The notes beneath the pieces were generated by a model. It ran no database searches and was not told the origin of the DNA. It saw only the letters and a program-made list of their open reading frames with translations. 64,000 nucleotides of DNA, taken from contig CAVZDW010000008.1 in NCBI GenBank assembly GCA_963774155.1, forward strand, positions 389,732-453,731. Direction: 5' to 3'. How positions within the stretch are numbered: the stretch's first letter is position 1; each line of letters opens with the position of its first letter. This DNA comes from an uncultured Solirubrobacteraceae bacterium. GTDB taxonomy: Bacteria; Actinomycetota; Thermoleophilia; Solirubrobacterales; Solirubrobacteraceae. Shown here in pieces: positions 19,714 through 28,459 of this stretch. The translations under genes and the position numbers were made by a program.

Positions 19714-20922
19714 ATGGCCGATCGATACCAGCAGTTCGCCGACTCGATTCCAGGACGGTTCATGGTCCGCCGCCTGGGATTGCCCCAGCCCACGCCGCTG
19801 CGCCGGGGGCCGGAGCTCTTCGGCGGCCCGGTCAAGCTCGGCGGCGCCACGACCCACCGTGAGCTCCTCACGCGCCTCGGGTTCGAGCTCACCGACACCG
19901 CCGACACGTACTCGGCGGTCATCTTCGACGCCTCGCGGATCGAGCGCATCGAGGCGCTGCGCGAGGTCTTCGACTTCTTCGGGCCGGCGATCCGCTCGCT
20001 CGCGCCGAGCGGCCGTCTGATCGTCATCGGCAGAGATGGGATTCCCGCCCACCCCGCCCAGCGCGCGCTCGAGGGCTTCGTGCGCTCGGCCGGCAAGGAG
20101 GTCCGCCACGGCGCGACGGCGCAGCTCGTCTACGCCGAGCCGGAAGCCGACCTCGAATCGACCCTGCGCTTCCTGCTCTCCGGCCGCTCCGCCTACGTGT
20201 CCGGGCAGGTCATCCGGGTCGCGGCGGCCGAGCCGTCGCCCCCGTTGCCCACGGCGCTCGTCACCGGCGCCTCGCGCGGCATCGGCGCGGCCATCGCCGA
20301 GGTCCTGGCGCGCGAGGGCGCACACGTGATCTGCGTCGACGTGCCGGCCGCCGGCGAGGACCTCGTGGCCGTCGCCAACGCCGTCGGCGGCAGCGCGCTG
20401 CAGCTCGACGTCACGTCCGACCGCGCGCCCGCGGCGATCGCCGAGCGCAGCCCCGACATCGTCGTCCACAACGCCGGCATCACGCGCGACCGGACGCTCG
20501 CGCGGATGAGCGACGACGACTGGGACGCGGTCCTCGGCGTCAACCTGGAGAGCATCGAGCGCATCAACGCGGCGCTCACGGACGTCTCGCGCATCGTCTG
20601 CGTGTCGTCGATGAGCGGCATCGCCGGCAACCGCGGCCAGGCCAACTACGCGACGAGCAAGGCGGGCGTGATCGGGATCGTCGAGGCGGGGCCACCGGAC
20701 GGCGCGACGATCAACGCCGTCGCCCCGGGCTTCATCGAGACCCGCATGACGGCGGCGATGCCGCTGGCCACGCGCGAGGCCGGCCGGCGCATGAACTCGC
20801 TCTCCCAGGGCGGGCTGCCGGTCGACGTGGCCGAGACCATCGCGTGGATGGCGGCGCCCGGCTCGGCGGGCGTCAACGGCAACGTCGTCCGGGTCTGCGG
20901 CCAGAGCCTGATCGGGGCATGA
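19714..20922 (+). CDS. fabG4: High-molecular-weight 3-oxoacyl-(ACP/CoA) reductase, FabG4-like (N-terminal flavodoxin-like domain + SDR)
   Basis: SDR motifs TGASRGIGAAIA, NAGITRD, SSMSGIAGNRGQANYATSKAG, preceded by a roughly 190-aa extra N-terminal domain as in Rv0242c. It is divergent to the thiolase as in the M. tuberculosis arrangement (recalled). Confidence 0.8.
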   Translation: MADRYQQFADSIPGRFMVRRLGLPQPTPLRRGPELFGGPVKLGGATTHRELLTRLGFELTDTADTYSAVIFDASRIERIEALREVFDFFGPAIRSLAPSGRLIVIGRDGIPAHPAQRALEGFVRSAGKEVRHGATAQLVYAEPEADLESTLRFLLSGRSAYVSGQVIRVAAAEPSPPLPTALVTGASRGIGAAIAEVLAREGAHVICVDVPAAGEDLVAVANAVGGSALQLDVTSDRAPAAIAERSPDIVVHNAGITRDRTLARMSDDDWDAVLGVNLESIERINAALTDVSRIVCVSSMSGIAGNRGQANYATSKAGVIGIVEAGPPDGATINAVAPGFIETRMTAAMPLATREAGRRMNSLSQGGLPVDVAETIAWMAAPGSAGVNGNVVRVCGQSLIGA

Positions 20923-21689
20923 ACGTCGCCCGCATCGTCCTCGGCTCGCTGCGGCGGCGTCCGAGCGAGCTGCCCGACCGCGAGCTGACCCGCAGCGTCG
21001 AGGTCGACCGCGCGCATCTCGCGGCCTACGACCGCGTCTGCGGCTTCCGCCTGCGCGACGAGCTGCCGGCGACGTATCCGCACGTGCTGGCCTTCCCGCT
21101 CGTCATGGAGCTGCTGACCGGCCCGTTCCCGTTCTCGCCGCTCGGCCTCGTGCACGTCGCCAACCGGATCGAGCAGCTCCGGCCGCTACGCGCGGACGAG
21201 CCGCTCGACCTGCGCGTGTGGGCGGCCGATCTGCGCGACCACGAGCGCGGCCGGCAGTTCGACGTGCTGGGCGAGGCGAGCGTGGAGGGCGACGTGGTGT
21301 GGCGGGACACGAGCACGTACCTCCACCGCGAGAGCTCGGGCGGCGGCGGCGCGAGCCCGCGCGCCGAGCCACCGCGGCCGAGCGCGATCTGGCGCGTACC
21401 GGGTGACAGCGGCCGTCGCTACGCCGCCGTGTCGGGCGACAACAACCCGATCCACCTCTCCGGCCTGACGGCCAAGGCGCTCGGCCAGCCGGGCGCGATC
21501 GCCCACGGCATGTGGACCAAGGCCCGCTGCCTGGCGGCGCTCGAGGGGATGCTCCCCGAGGCCTACGCGGTCGACGTGCGCTTCAAGCTCCCGCTGCGCA
21601 TCCCCGGGAGGGCGGCGTTCTCGACCGCCGACGGGCGCTTCGAGGTGTGGGCCGGCGACAAGCCGCACCTCGAGGGCACGATCAGCTGA
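20919..21689 (+). CDS. htdX: MaoC-like (R)-specific enoyl-CoA hydratase / dehydratase, HtdX-like
   Basis: Double hot-dog pattern with YAAVSGDNNPIHLSGLTAKALGQPGAIAHGMW. The ATGA overlap with the fabG4-like stop is at 20919-20922. Confidence 0.8.
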   Translation: MNVARIVLGSLRRRPSELPDRELTRSVEVDRAHLAAYDRVCGFRLRDELPATYPHVLAFPLVMELLTGPFPFSPLGLVHVANRIEQLRPLRADEPLDLRVWAADLRDHERGRQFDVLGEASVEGDVVWRDTSTYLHRESSGGGGASPRAEPPRPSAIWRVPGDSGRRYAAVSGDNNPIHLSGLTAKALGQPGAIAHGMWTKARCLAALEGMLPEAYAVDVRFKLPLRIPGRAAFSTADGRFEVWAGDKPHLEGTIS

Positions 21690-22113
21690 GCCCGCGGTCG
21701 CGGATCTCGCCCTGCGCCGAAGGCGACTTCCCGACGGCCTCGATCCCGAGCTTGCGCTTGACGCCGGGCGTGCGCTCGAACTGGATGTCGCGATAGTCGA
21801 CGACCTGGAAGCGGTTGCCCCAGGGGTCGAGGAAGTCGAGCCCGCGGCCGGGCAGGATGCGCAGGCCCTCGCGCTCCAGCGCGGCGCGGACCTCGTCCAT
21901 GTCGTCGACCACGAGGCCGAAGTGGCGGGAGTCGTCGGGCGGCTGGCGGCGGCCCTCGGACAGCGCGAGGAACTGGTCGCCCATGTCGATGAACGCCATC
22001 CGCCCGGCGCGGCCGCGCAGCTCGAACGCGAAGAGGCGGCCGTAGAGCGCGAGCGCCTCCTCCACGTCGCCGACCTCGAGCGCGATGTGGTTGATCCCTA
22101 CGAGGCGGGCCAT
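21682..22113 (-). CDS. VOC/glyoxalase family protein
   Basis: MARLVGINHIALEVGDVEEALALYGRLF...HFGLVVDDMDEVRAALEREG...FLDPWGNRFQVV. Confidence 0.8.
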   Translation of the reverse strand: MARLVGINHIALEVGDVEEALALYGRLFAFELRGRAGRMAFIDMGDQFLALSEGRRQPPDDSRHFGLVVDDMDEVRAALEREGLRILPGRGLDFLDPWGNRFQVVDYRDIQFERTPGVKRKLGIEAVGKSPSAQGEIRDRGLS

Positions 22114-22135
22114 GGCGTCACGGTACCGTCCTGCC

Positions 22136-23146
22136 ATGGTCCTCGACCGCCTGGAGCACCCGATCGTGCAGGCGCCGATGGGCGGCGGGCCCTCGACGCC
22201 CGCGCTGGCCGCCGCCGTGGCCGAGGCCGGCGGCCTCGGGTTCCTGGCCGCCGGCTACAAGACCGTCGACGCGGTCCGCGCCGACGTCGAGGCGCTGCGC
22301 GCGCTGACGGACCGGCCGTTCGGGGTGAACCTCTTCGCGCCGCCTGCCCCCGCGGGCGACGTGAGCGCGTTCGCGGCAGAGCTGGCGGCCGAGGCGGAGC
22401 GCTACGGCGTCCCGGTGGGGGAGCCGCGCCACGACGACGACGGATGGGAGGCGAAGCTCGCGCTCATGGCCGAGCTGGAGGTGCCGGTCGTCTCCTTCAC
22501 CTTCGGCTGCCCGGCGCCCGACGTGCTGGCGCGCTTCGCCGAGACGTGGGTGACCGTGACCACGCCGGCCGAGGCGCGGGAGGCGGAGGCCGCGGGCGCG
22601 AGCGCGCTGGTGGTCCAGGGCATCGAGGCGGGCGGCCATCGCGGCGGCTTCGACGACGCCGCGCCGGGCGAGATCGGCCTCCTGGCGCTGCTCCAGCTCA
22701 TCGACGTCGACGTGCCGCTGGTGGCGACGGGCGGGATCGCCGGCGGGCGCGGCGTGGCCGCCGTGCTGGCCGCGGGCGCCGCCGCCGCCCAGCTCGGGAC
22801 CGCCTTCATGCTCTGCCCCGAAGCGGCGACCGTGCCCGCCCACCGCGACGCGATCGTGGCGCCCGGCGCCACCGCGCTCACGCGCGCGTTCACCGGCCGC
22901 GCCGCTCGCGGCATCGCCAACCGCTGGATGCGCGAGCACGGCGCCTCGGCGCCGAGCGCGTACCCCGACGTCCACCACCTGACCGCGAAGCTCCGCGCCG
23001 CCGCGCGCGAGCGGGGCGACGCGGACGGCTTCAACCTCTGGGCCGGACAGGCGCACGAGCTCGCCGAGCCGATCCCGGCCGGAGACCTCGTGCGTCGCCT
23101 GTCCGAGGATGCCGCCGAGGCGCTGCGCTCGGTACGATCGCCCTGA
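22136..23146 (+). CDS. Nitronate monooxygenase (NMO / 2-nitropropane dioxygenase family)
   Basis: PIVQAPMGGGPSTPALAAAVAEAGGLGFLAAGY, VVQGIEAGGHRG, VATGGIAGGRG. Confidence 0.85.
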   Translation: MVLDRLEHPIVQAPMGGGPSTPALAAAVAEAGGLGFLAAGYKTVDAVRADVEALRALTDRPFGVNLFAPPAPAGDVSAFAAELAAEAERYGVPVGEPRHDDDGWEAKLALMAELEVPVVSFTFGCPAPDVLARFAETWVTVTTPAEAREAEAAGASALVVQGIEAGGHRGGFDDAAPGEIGLLALLQLIDVDVPLVATGGIAGGRGVAAVLAAGAAAAQLGTAFMLCPEAATVPAHRDAIVAPGATALTRAFTGRAARGIANRWMREHGASAPSAYPDVHHLTAKLRAAARERGDADGFNLWAGQAHELAEPIPAGDLVRRLSEDAAEALRSVRSP

Positions 23147-23754
23147 TGCGGCTCGGGATGGCGGTGATCCTCACGTTGGCGCTCGCCGCGCCGGCGAGCG
23201 CGCAGTCGATCTCCGTCGCGCCGGTCAAGCCCTGCTACGCGCCGGGCGACGTGATCACGGCCACCGGCGCGGGCTTCACGGCCGGCGGTCCGGTCGAGAT
23301 CCAGATCGACGGCGAGTCGCTGGGCCAGGTCGGCGCCGACGGCGCCGGCGCGTTCGGCGTGCCGATCACGCTCGGGGTCATGCGCAAGGCCAAGGCGCAC
23401 GCCCTGACGGCCATCGATCGGACGAACCCGGCGATCATGGCGACGGCCTCGTTCCTGGGCGCGGCGATCGAGGTCTCGGTCAAGCCGCAGAACGCTCCGG
23501 CCGGCACGAAGCTCACCCTCAGGGGCTGGGGCTTCATGGCGGGCCCGAAGGTCTACATGCACGTCCGCGGGAAGGGCTATCGCTCCGACAAGCGCATCGC
23601 CTCAGCCGGCGGCGCATGCGGCACGTTCGCCGTCCGCAAGCGGATCGTCCCGAGCACCGCAAGAGACGGCAAGTACAAGGTCCAGTTCGATCACAAGGCC
23701 AAGTACTCGAAGAAGACGCGTCCCCGCACGGGCGGCACGCTGACCGTCGGCTAG
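23146..23754 (+). CDS. Secreted hypothetical protein (signal peptide, Ig-like repeats?)
   Basis: MRLGMAVILTLALAAPASAQS signal peptide. TGATG overlap with the NMO stop. This is the last part of the 21922..23754 frame. Confidence 0.6.
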   Translation: MRLGMAVILTLALAAPASAQSISVAPVKPCYAPGDVITATGAGFTAGGPVEIQIDGESLGQVGADGAGAFGVPITLGVMRKAKAHALTAIDRTNPAIMATASFLGAAIEVSVKPQNAPAGTKLTLRGWGFMAGPKVYMHVRGKGYRSDKRIASAGGACGTFAVRKRIVPSTARDGKYKVQFDHKAKYSKKTRPRTGGTLTVG

Positions 23755-23842
23755 CGACGGGCGCTCGACATAACCCTGCACGGTTCCTGGCGGGCCGACA
23801 TCGAGTTGCAGGAAGCCGCCGCCGCGGCTCGAAGCCCGGCGC

Positions 23843-24166
23843 ATGAGCGAGTCGCACACCGAACCCCACGTCTCCGGACAGGAGCTGCGAGCGGCGCTCG
23901 CCTCGAACGGCCGCTCGCGGCCCAACCCGCTGATGACGTCCGAGCCCCCCGCCTGGGAGTGGACGACGGACGAGCAGGCCGAGCTCGACGAGCTGCGCGA
24001 GAGCACAGCCGAGCTCGAGACCGAGATCGAACGGCTGCGGAGCGTCGCCCACGACGCCCGTGCCCGCGAGAAGGAGGCCCGCGACGGGCTGCGCCGGCTG
24101 GCCGCGGCACGGTCCTGGCAGCGACGCACGGTGCTCGCCGAGTTGGGAGCCCGCGGCCTGGTTTGA
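23843..24166 (+). CDS. Hypothetical coiled-coil protein (107 aa)
   Basis: ATG start, high GC3, and a heptad-like acidic/basic helix: EQAELDELRESTAELETEIERLRSVAHDARAREKEARD. Confidence 0.45.
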   Translation: MSESHTEPHVSGQELRAALASNGRSRPNPLMTSEPPAWEWTTDEQAELDELRESTAELETEIERLRSVAHDARAREKEARDGLRRLAAARSWQRRTVLAELGARGLV

Positions 24167-24173
24167 TGTGGGC

Positions 24174-25091
24174 ATGACGCGCCTCGGCGTCATGTTCCGG
24201 CCCGAGTGGCCGCCGGAGGAGCTGCCGGACTTCGCCCGCGCCGCCGAGCGCGACGGCTTCGACGAGCTGTGGCTGGTGGAGGACTGCTTCCTCGTCGGAG
24301 GTCTGACGATGGCGGCGACGGTCCTCGCGGTCACCGAGCGGATCGGGGTCGGTATCGGGCTGCTGCCCGCGGCCATGCGCAACCCGGCGATCGCCGCGAT
24401 GGAGATCGCCGGTCTCGCGCGCGTCTTCCCCGACCGGCTGACCGTCACCTTCGGGCACGGCGTCGAGGCCTGGATGCGGCAGATCGGCGCGCGGCCGCCG
24501 AACCGGCTCGTCGCGCTCGAGGAGGTCGTGACCGCCGTGCGGGCGCTCCTGCGCGGCGAGACGCTGAATGTCGACGGCGCGTTCGTCCACCTGGACGACG
24601 TCCGCCTCGCGCACGTGCCCTCGTCGGTGCCGCCGATCGTCATCGGCACCACGGGCCCGCGGGCGCTGGAGATGGCGGGCCGCGTGGCCGACGGGTTCCT
24701 GCTCCCGGAGGGGAGCGGGCCGGACTCCGTGCGCTGGGCGCGCGGGCTCGCCGGCGAGGACGGCGAGGCCCTGGTCTACGCGTGGCTCAGCGTCGACGAC
24801 GACCGCGACGCGGCGGCGGAGGCGCTCCGGCCCGGGCTCGAGTCGTGGCGCCAGGCGGGTCTGTATCCGACGCTCTTCGCGGCCGCGGGGGTGGAGGAGG
24901 GCGTGCTCGACCTGTCGCTGGACGAGGTCCGGGCGATGGCCGTGGCCGGCTCGCCGGACGACTGCGCTTCGGCCGTGCGAGCCCGCTGGGACGCCGGCGC
25001 CGGCAGCGTGATCGTGGTGCCGCGGCACGAGGACCGCGGGGCGCAGGTCGCGCGCTTCGTGGCCGACGTGATGCCCCGAACTGCGGCCTAG
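24174..25091 (+). CDS. LLM-class (luciferase-like) F420-dependent oxidoreductase
   Basis: MTRLGVMFRPEWPPEEL..AERDGFDELWLVEDCF..., IGTTGPRALEMAGRVADG; typical TIGR-type LLM pattern. Confidence 0.8.
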   Translation: MTRLGVMFRPEWPPEELPDFARAAERDGFDELWLVEDCFLVGGLTMAATVLAVTERIGVGIGLLPAAMRNPAIAAMEIAGLARVFPDRLTVTFGHGVEAWMRQIGARPPNRLVALEEVVTAVRALLRGETLNVDGAFVHLDDVRLAHVPSSVPPIVIGTTGPRALEMAGRVADGFLLPEGSGPDSVRWARGLAGEDGEALVYAWLSVDDDRDAAAEALRPGLESWRQAGLYPTLFAAAGVEEGVLDLSLDEVRAMAVAGSPDDCASAVRARWDAGAGSVIVVPRHEDRGAQVARFVADVMPRTAA

Positions 25092-25141
25092 GGCGTCACG
25101 TGGCTCACGTAGAGCTCGCCTTCGTGCGGCATCCTAGGGGC

Positions 25142-26248
25142 GTGACCAGACCGCGTGCCCGTGACCTCGAGCTGACCATCGGGACGCTCCCGTCCGGGCC
25201 GCTCGACGCCATCACCGACGTCGCGGGGATCCGGGTGGGCTCGGTCACGCTGATCGAGGGCGAGGGCCCGCTGCGCCGCGGCCACGGCCCGGTGCGCACC
25301 GGAGTGACGGTCGTGGCGCCGGAGTCGGGCAGCCTGCCGCTGTTCGCCGGCTGCCACCGCCTGAACGGCAACGGCGAGCTGACCGGGCTCGAGTGGGTGC
25401 GCGAGTCGGGCTGCCTGACCACGCCGATCGGCCTCACCAACACGCACAGCGTGGGCGTCGTGCGCGACGCGCTGATCGAGGCCGAGGTGCGGCTGCGCGA
25501 CGATCAGGAGCTCTTCTGGAGCCTGCCCGTGGTCGGCGAGACCTGGGACGGCGTCCTCAACGACATCAACGGCTTCCACGTGCGGGCGGAGCACGTCCAC
25601 GAGGCGCTGGCGCGCGCGACCTCCGGGCCCGTCGAGGAGGGCGGGGTGGGCAGCGGCACGGGCATGATCTGCCACGGCTTCAAGGGCGGGATCGGCACCG
25701 CGTCGCGCGTGGTCGCCGAGGAGGCCGGCGGCTGGACGGTGGGCGTGCTCGTGCAGGCCAACCACGGGCGCCGCGAGCGGCTCGCCGTCGACGGGCTGCC
25801 GGTCGGGCGCGTCCTGGGCACCGACGTCGTCCCCGAGCCCGACGAGGACGCCGCCGGCGCCGGCTCGATCATCGTCATCTGCGCCACCGACGCACCGCTG
25901 CTCCCGCACCAGTGCAACCGGCTCGCGCAGCGCTGCGCGCTCGGCGTGGCGCGCACGGGCGGCGCCGGCGAGCACTCGAGCGGGGACCTCATGCTGGCCT
26001 TCTCGGCCGCCCCTCAGGGCATCCCGGCGAGCGAGATCGCCTCCGCGGGCGAGCCCGTGACGATCCCGGTCACCATGGTCGTCGACTCGCACATCGACGC
26101 GCTCTTCCACGCCGCGATCGAGGCGACCGAGGCCGCCATCGTCAACGCGCTGCTCGCGGGGGAGACGATGGTCGGGCGCGACGGGCGCACCGCCCACGGG
26201 CTCGGCGCCGAGCGGCTGCTCGACGCGATGACGCGTCTGGGCCGCTAG
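25142..26248 (+). CDS. DmpA/P1 family aminopeptidase (peptidase S58)
   Basis: GPLDAITDVAGIRVGSVT, GVTVV, NGNGELTG, and GSGTGMICHGFKGGIGTAS (autoprocessing nucleophile region). Confidence 0.85.
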   Translation: MTRPRARDLELTIGTLPSGPLDAITDVAGIRVGSVTLIEGEGPLRRGHGPVRTGVTVVAPESGSLPLFAGCHRLNGNGELTGLEWVRESGCLTTPIGLTNTHSVGVVRDALIEAEVRLRDDQELFWSLPVVGETWDGVLNDINGFHVRAEHVHEALARATSGPVEEGGVGSGTGMICHGFKGGIGTASRVVAEEAGGWTVGVLVQANHGRRERLAVDGLPVGRVLGTDVVPEPDEDAAGAGSIIVICATDAPLLPHQCNRLAQRCALGVARTGGAGEHSSGDLMLAFSAAPQGIPASEIASAGEPVTIPVTMVVDSHIDALFHAAIEATEAAIVNALLAGETMVGRDGRTAHGLGAERLLDAMTRLGR

Positions 26249-27153
26249 AGCTCGGAGCGGTACGGCGGCGTCGCGCCGGGGCGCGAGCACGTCCGCGCGG
26301 CGACCAGGCACGCGAACGCCGTCGCCTCGACCACGAGGTCGATCTTCGCGAGGTCGTCGCGACCGAGTCCGCGCTCGCTCCACCAGGCGATGAACCCGCC
26401 GCCGAAGGCGTCGCCGGCGCCGATCGTGTCGACGACCTTGACCCGCGGCGCGGGGACCGACACCTCGGCCGTGCGGGTGATGACGAGCGCGCCGCCCGGG
26501 CCGCGGGTGAAGAGCCCGACCGTCGGGCCTCGCTCGAGCAGCGCGCGGACCGCCTCGACCGGCGGGAGGCCCGGCTGCAGGTACTCGAGGTCCTCCTCGC
26601 TGACCTTGAGCAGGTGGCTGCGCGAGAGGATGCGGTCGAGCCGCTCGCGGTAGGCGACCGGGTCGTCGATGACCCACGGGCGGCAGTTGGGGTCGACCGC
26701 GACCAGCGCGTCGCCGGCCAGCCGGTCGACGACCGCCTCCAGCGCTGTGGCCACCGGCTCGAGGGCGAGTCCGAGCGTCCCGACGTGCAGGATGCGAACG
26801 CCGGCGGGGAGCACGTCGAGCGCGGCGTCGGGCGTGAGGCCGGGCGCGGCGGTGCCGCGCTCGTAGAAGCGATAGCGGGCGACGCCGTCGGAGTCGACCT
26901 CGGCGAGGGCCAGGGTGGTCGGATCGTCGGTGTGGAGGACGCTCTCGAGGCTGACGCCGTCGTCGACCAGCAGCGCCTCGTGCCGGTGCCCGAACCGATC
27001 GCGTGAGAGGCGGCCGAGATAGGCCACGGGCTGCTCGAGCCGCGCGACGGTGCGCGCCGTGTTGAACGGCCCGCCGCCGGGGTGCCCGACCAGCACATCG
27101 CTCCCGTCCTCGGACACGAGGTCGAACAGCGCCTCCCCGCCGACGAGGATCAC
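26245..27153 (-). CDS. PfkB-family carbohydrate kinase (fructokinase-like)
   Basis: MILVGGEALFDLV...GGGPFNTARTVARL...DTIGAGDAFGGGFIAWW. There is a 4-nt overlap with the LacI gene stop. Confidence 0.85.
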   Translation of the reverse strand: MILVGGEALFDLVSEDGSDVLVGHPGGGPFNTARTVARLEQPVAYLGRLSRDRFGHRHEALLVDDGVSLESVLHTDDPTTLALAEVDSDGVARYRFYERGTAAPGLTPDAALDVLPAGVRILHVGTLGLALEPVATALEAVVDRLAGDALVAVDPNCRPWVIDDPVAYRERLDRILSRSHLLKVSEEDLEYLQPGLPPVEAVRALLERGPTVGLFTRGPGGALVITRTAEVSVPAPRVKVVDTIGAGDAFGGGFIAWWSERGLGRDDLAKIDLVVEATAFACLVAARTCSRPGATPPYRSEL

Positions 27154-28142
27154 GGACGCAGCTCGCCGCTGCCGCGCTCGATCAGCCGGGTGGGGATCTC
27201 GATCCGCTGAGTGGCGCCGGTCTCGCCGTCGAGCCGCGCGAACAGGCGCTCGGCCGCGGCGCGGCCGAGCCCCACCGCGTCCTGGGCGATCACGGTCAGG
27301 CCCGGCTCGAGCGCGTCGGCGAGCAGGAGGTCGTCGAAGGAGACGTGCGCGACGCGGCGGCGCAGGTCGAGCGCCCGCAGCCGCTGGACGGCGCCGACGG
27401 TGATCAGGTTCTGAGCCGTCAGGAGCGCGGTCGGCGCCAGCGGGCCCGTCACGAGCTGGTCGGTGGCGCGCGCGGCGGCGTCGCTGTCGTGGAGCTCCAT
27501 CCGCACGAGCGAGCTGTCGTACGCGATGCCGTGGGCGGCGAGCGCTTCGCGGTAGCCGCGCAGGCGCTCGGTTGCCGTGAAGATGCGCGCGTGGTCGCCG
27601 AGGAAGGCGATCCGGCGGTGGCCGGCGGCGATCAGGTGCTCGGTGGCCGCGGAGGCGCCGCCGGCGTTGTCGCTCAGCACGCTGTCGGCGTCGATGAAGG
27701 CCGCGGGGCGGTCGACGAAGACGAGGGGGAGACCGGCTTCGCGGTCGGGTCGCAGGTACGAGTGGTCCGCGCTGGTCGGGGCCACGATCAGGCCGTCGAC
27801 CCGGCGCGAGAGGAACGCCTCGGCGAGCTGGCGCTCACGGCCGGGGTCCTCGTCGGAGCTGCCGACGAGCGGCAGGACACCGCGGTCGCGGGCGACCGTC
27901 TCGACCCCCCGGAGCACGGCAGCGTGGAACGGGTTGGCCACATCGTCGATGACCAGGCCGATGCTCGCCGAGTGGCGGTCGGCGCGGCGCAGGTTCATCG
28001 CCGTGACGTCCCGCCGATAGCCCAGGAGCGACACGGCCTGCTGGACCTTCTCGGCCAGATCCGGACGAACCTTGCCGTCGGCGTTGATCACGCGGGACAC
28101 CGTGGCGAGGCTCACGCCGGCCAGCGTCGCGACCTCTTTCAT
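27150..28142 (-). CDS. LacI family transcriptional regulator
   Basis: MKEVATLAGVSLATVSRVINADGKVRPDLAEKVQQAVSLLGYRRD plus a sugar-binding core. The ORF track extends to 28289, but codons 28143-28229 have many A/T-ending codons, atypical for this genome. I therefore prefer ATG 28142. Confidence 0.85.
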   Translation of the reverse strand: MKEVATLAGVSLATVSRVINADGKVRPDLAEKVQQAVSLLGYRRDVTAMNLRRADRHSASIGLVIDDVANPFHAAVLRGVETVARDRGVLPLVGSSDEDPGRERQLAEAFLSRRVDGLIVAPTSADHSYLRPDREAGLPLVFVDRPAAFIDADSVLSDNAGGASAATEHLIAAGHRRIAFLGDHARIFTATERLRGYREALAAHGIAYDSSLVRMELHDSDAAARATDQLVTGPLAPTALLTAQNLITVGAVQRLRALDLRRRVAHVSFDDLLLADALEPGLTVIAQDAVGLGRAAAERLFARLDGETGATQRIEIPTRLIERGSGELRP

Positions 28143-28176
28143 CGTCGGGCGGCGAGAGCCGTTGACGTACTTGCTG

Positions 28177-28298
28177 GAAAACGTTTCTTGACTGGCAGAA
28201 TTGCCGTTGGACTCAGGACTCTGAGGCATTGACGACCACTGTACAGCACTTTCGAGAAAACGTAATCTCTTGACAGAGAACGTTTTCATCTTTAGCTT
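28177..28298. promoter_or_regulatory. lacI / pgm divergent control region: three AACGTT-core LacI-type sites and a + strand promoter
   Basis: Sites: GAAAACGTTTC (28177-28187), GAGAAAACGTAATCTC (28254-28269), AGAACGTTTTC (28277-28287). TTGACA (28270-28275), 17 nt, then TAGCTT (28293-28298) faces pgm. Confidence 0.5.
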
Positions 28299-28459
28299 CT
28301 CGTCGCCGTGGCGCGGTGCAGGAATCCCGTGGCCGGGTGCCGGGTAGCTACGAACCGCCGAACGTCAACGCCTTCCCACAGGAGATCGTCAATCCTCATC
28401 GCCATGCCTCTCGATCCCCGCGGAAGCGCCCCCGTCATCCCTCCGGTGAGGAGCGCGGC

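Noticed and set aside
25087-25146. Direct repeat CCTAGGGCGTCAC / CCTAGGGGCGTGAC flanking the gap between the LLM oxidoreductase and the DmpA gene.
   Set aside because: It is a single imperfect 13-nt pair in a short gap. There is nothing to distinguish it from chance or from an ordinary RBS/start context.
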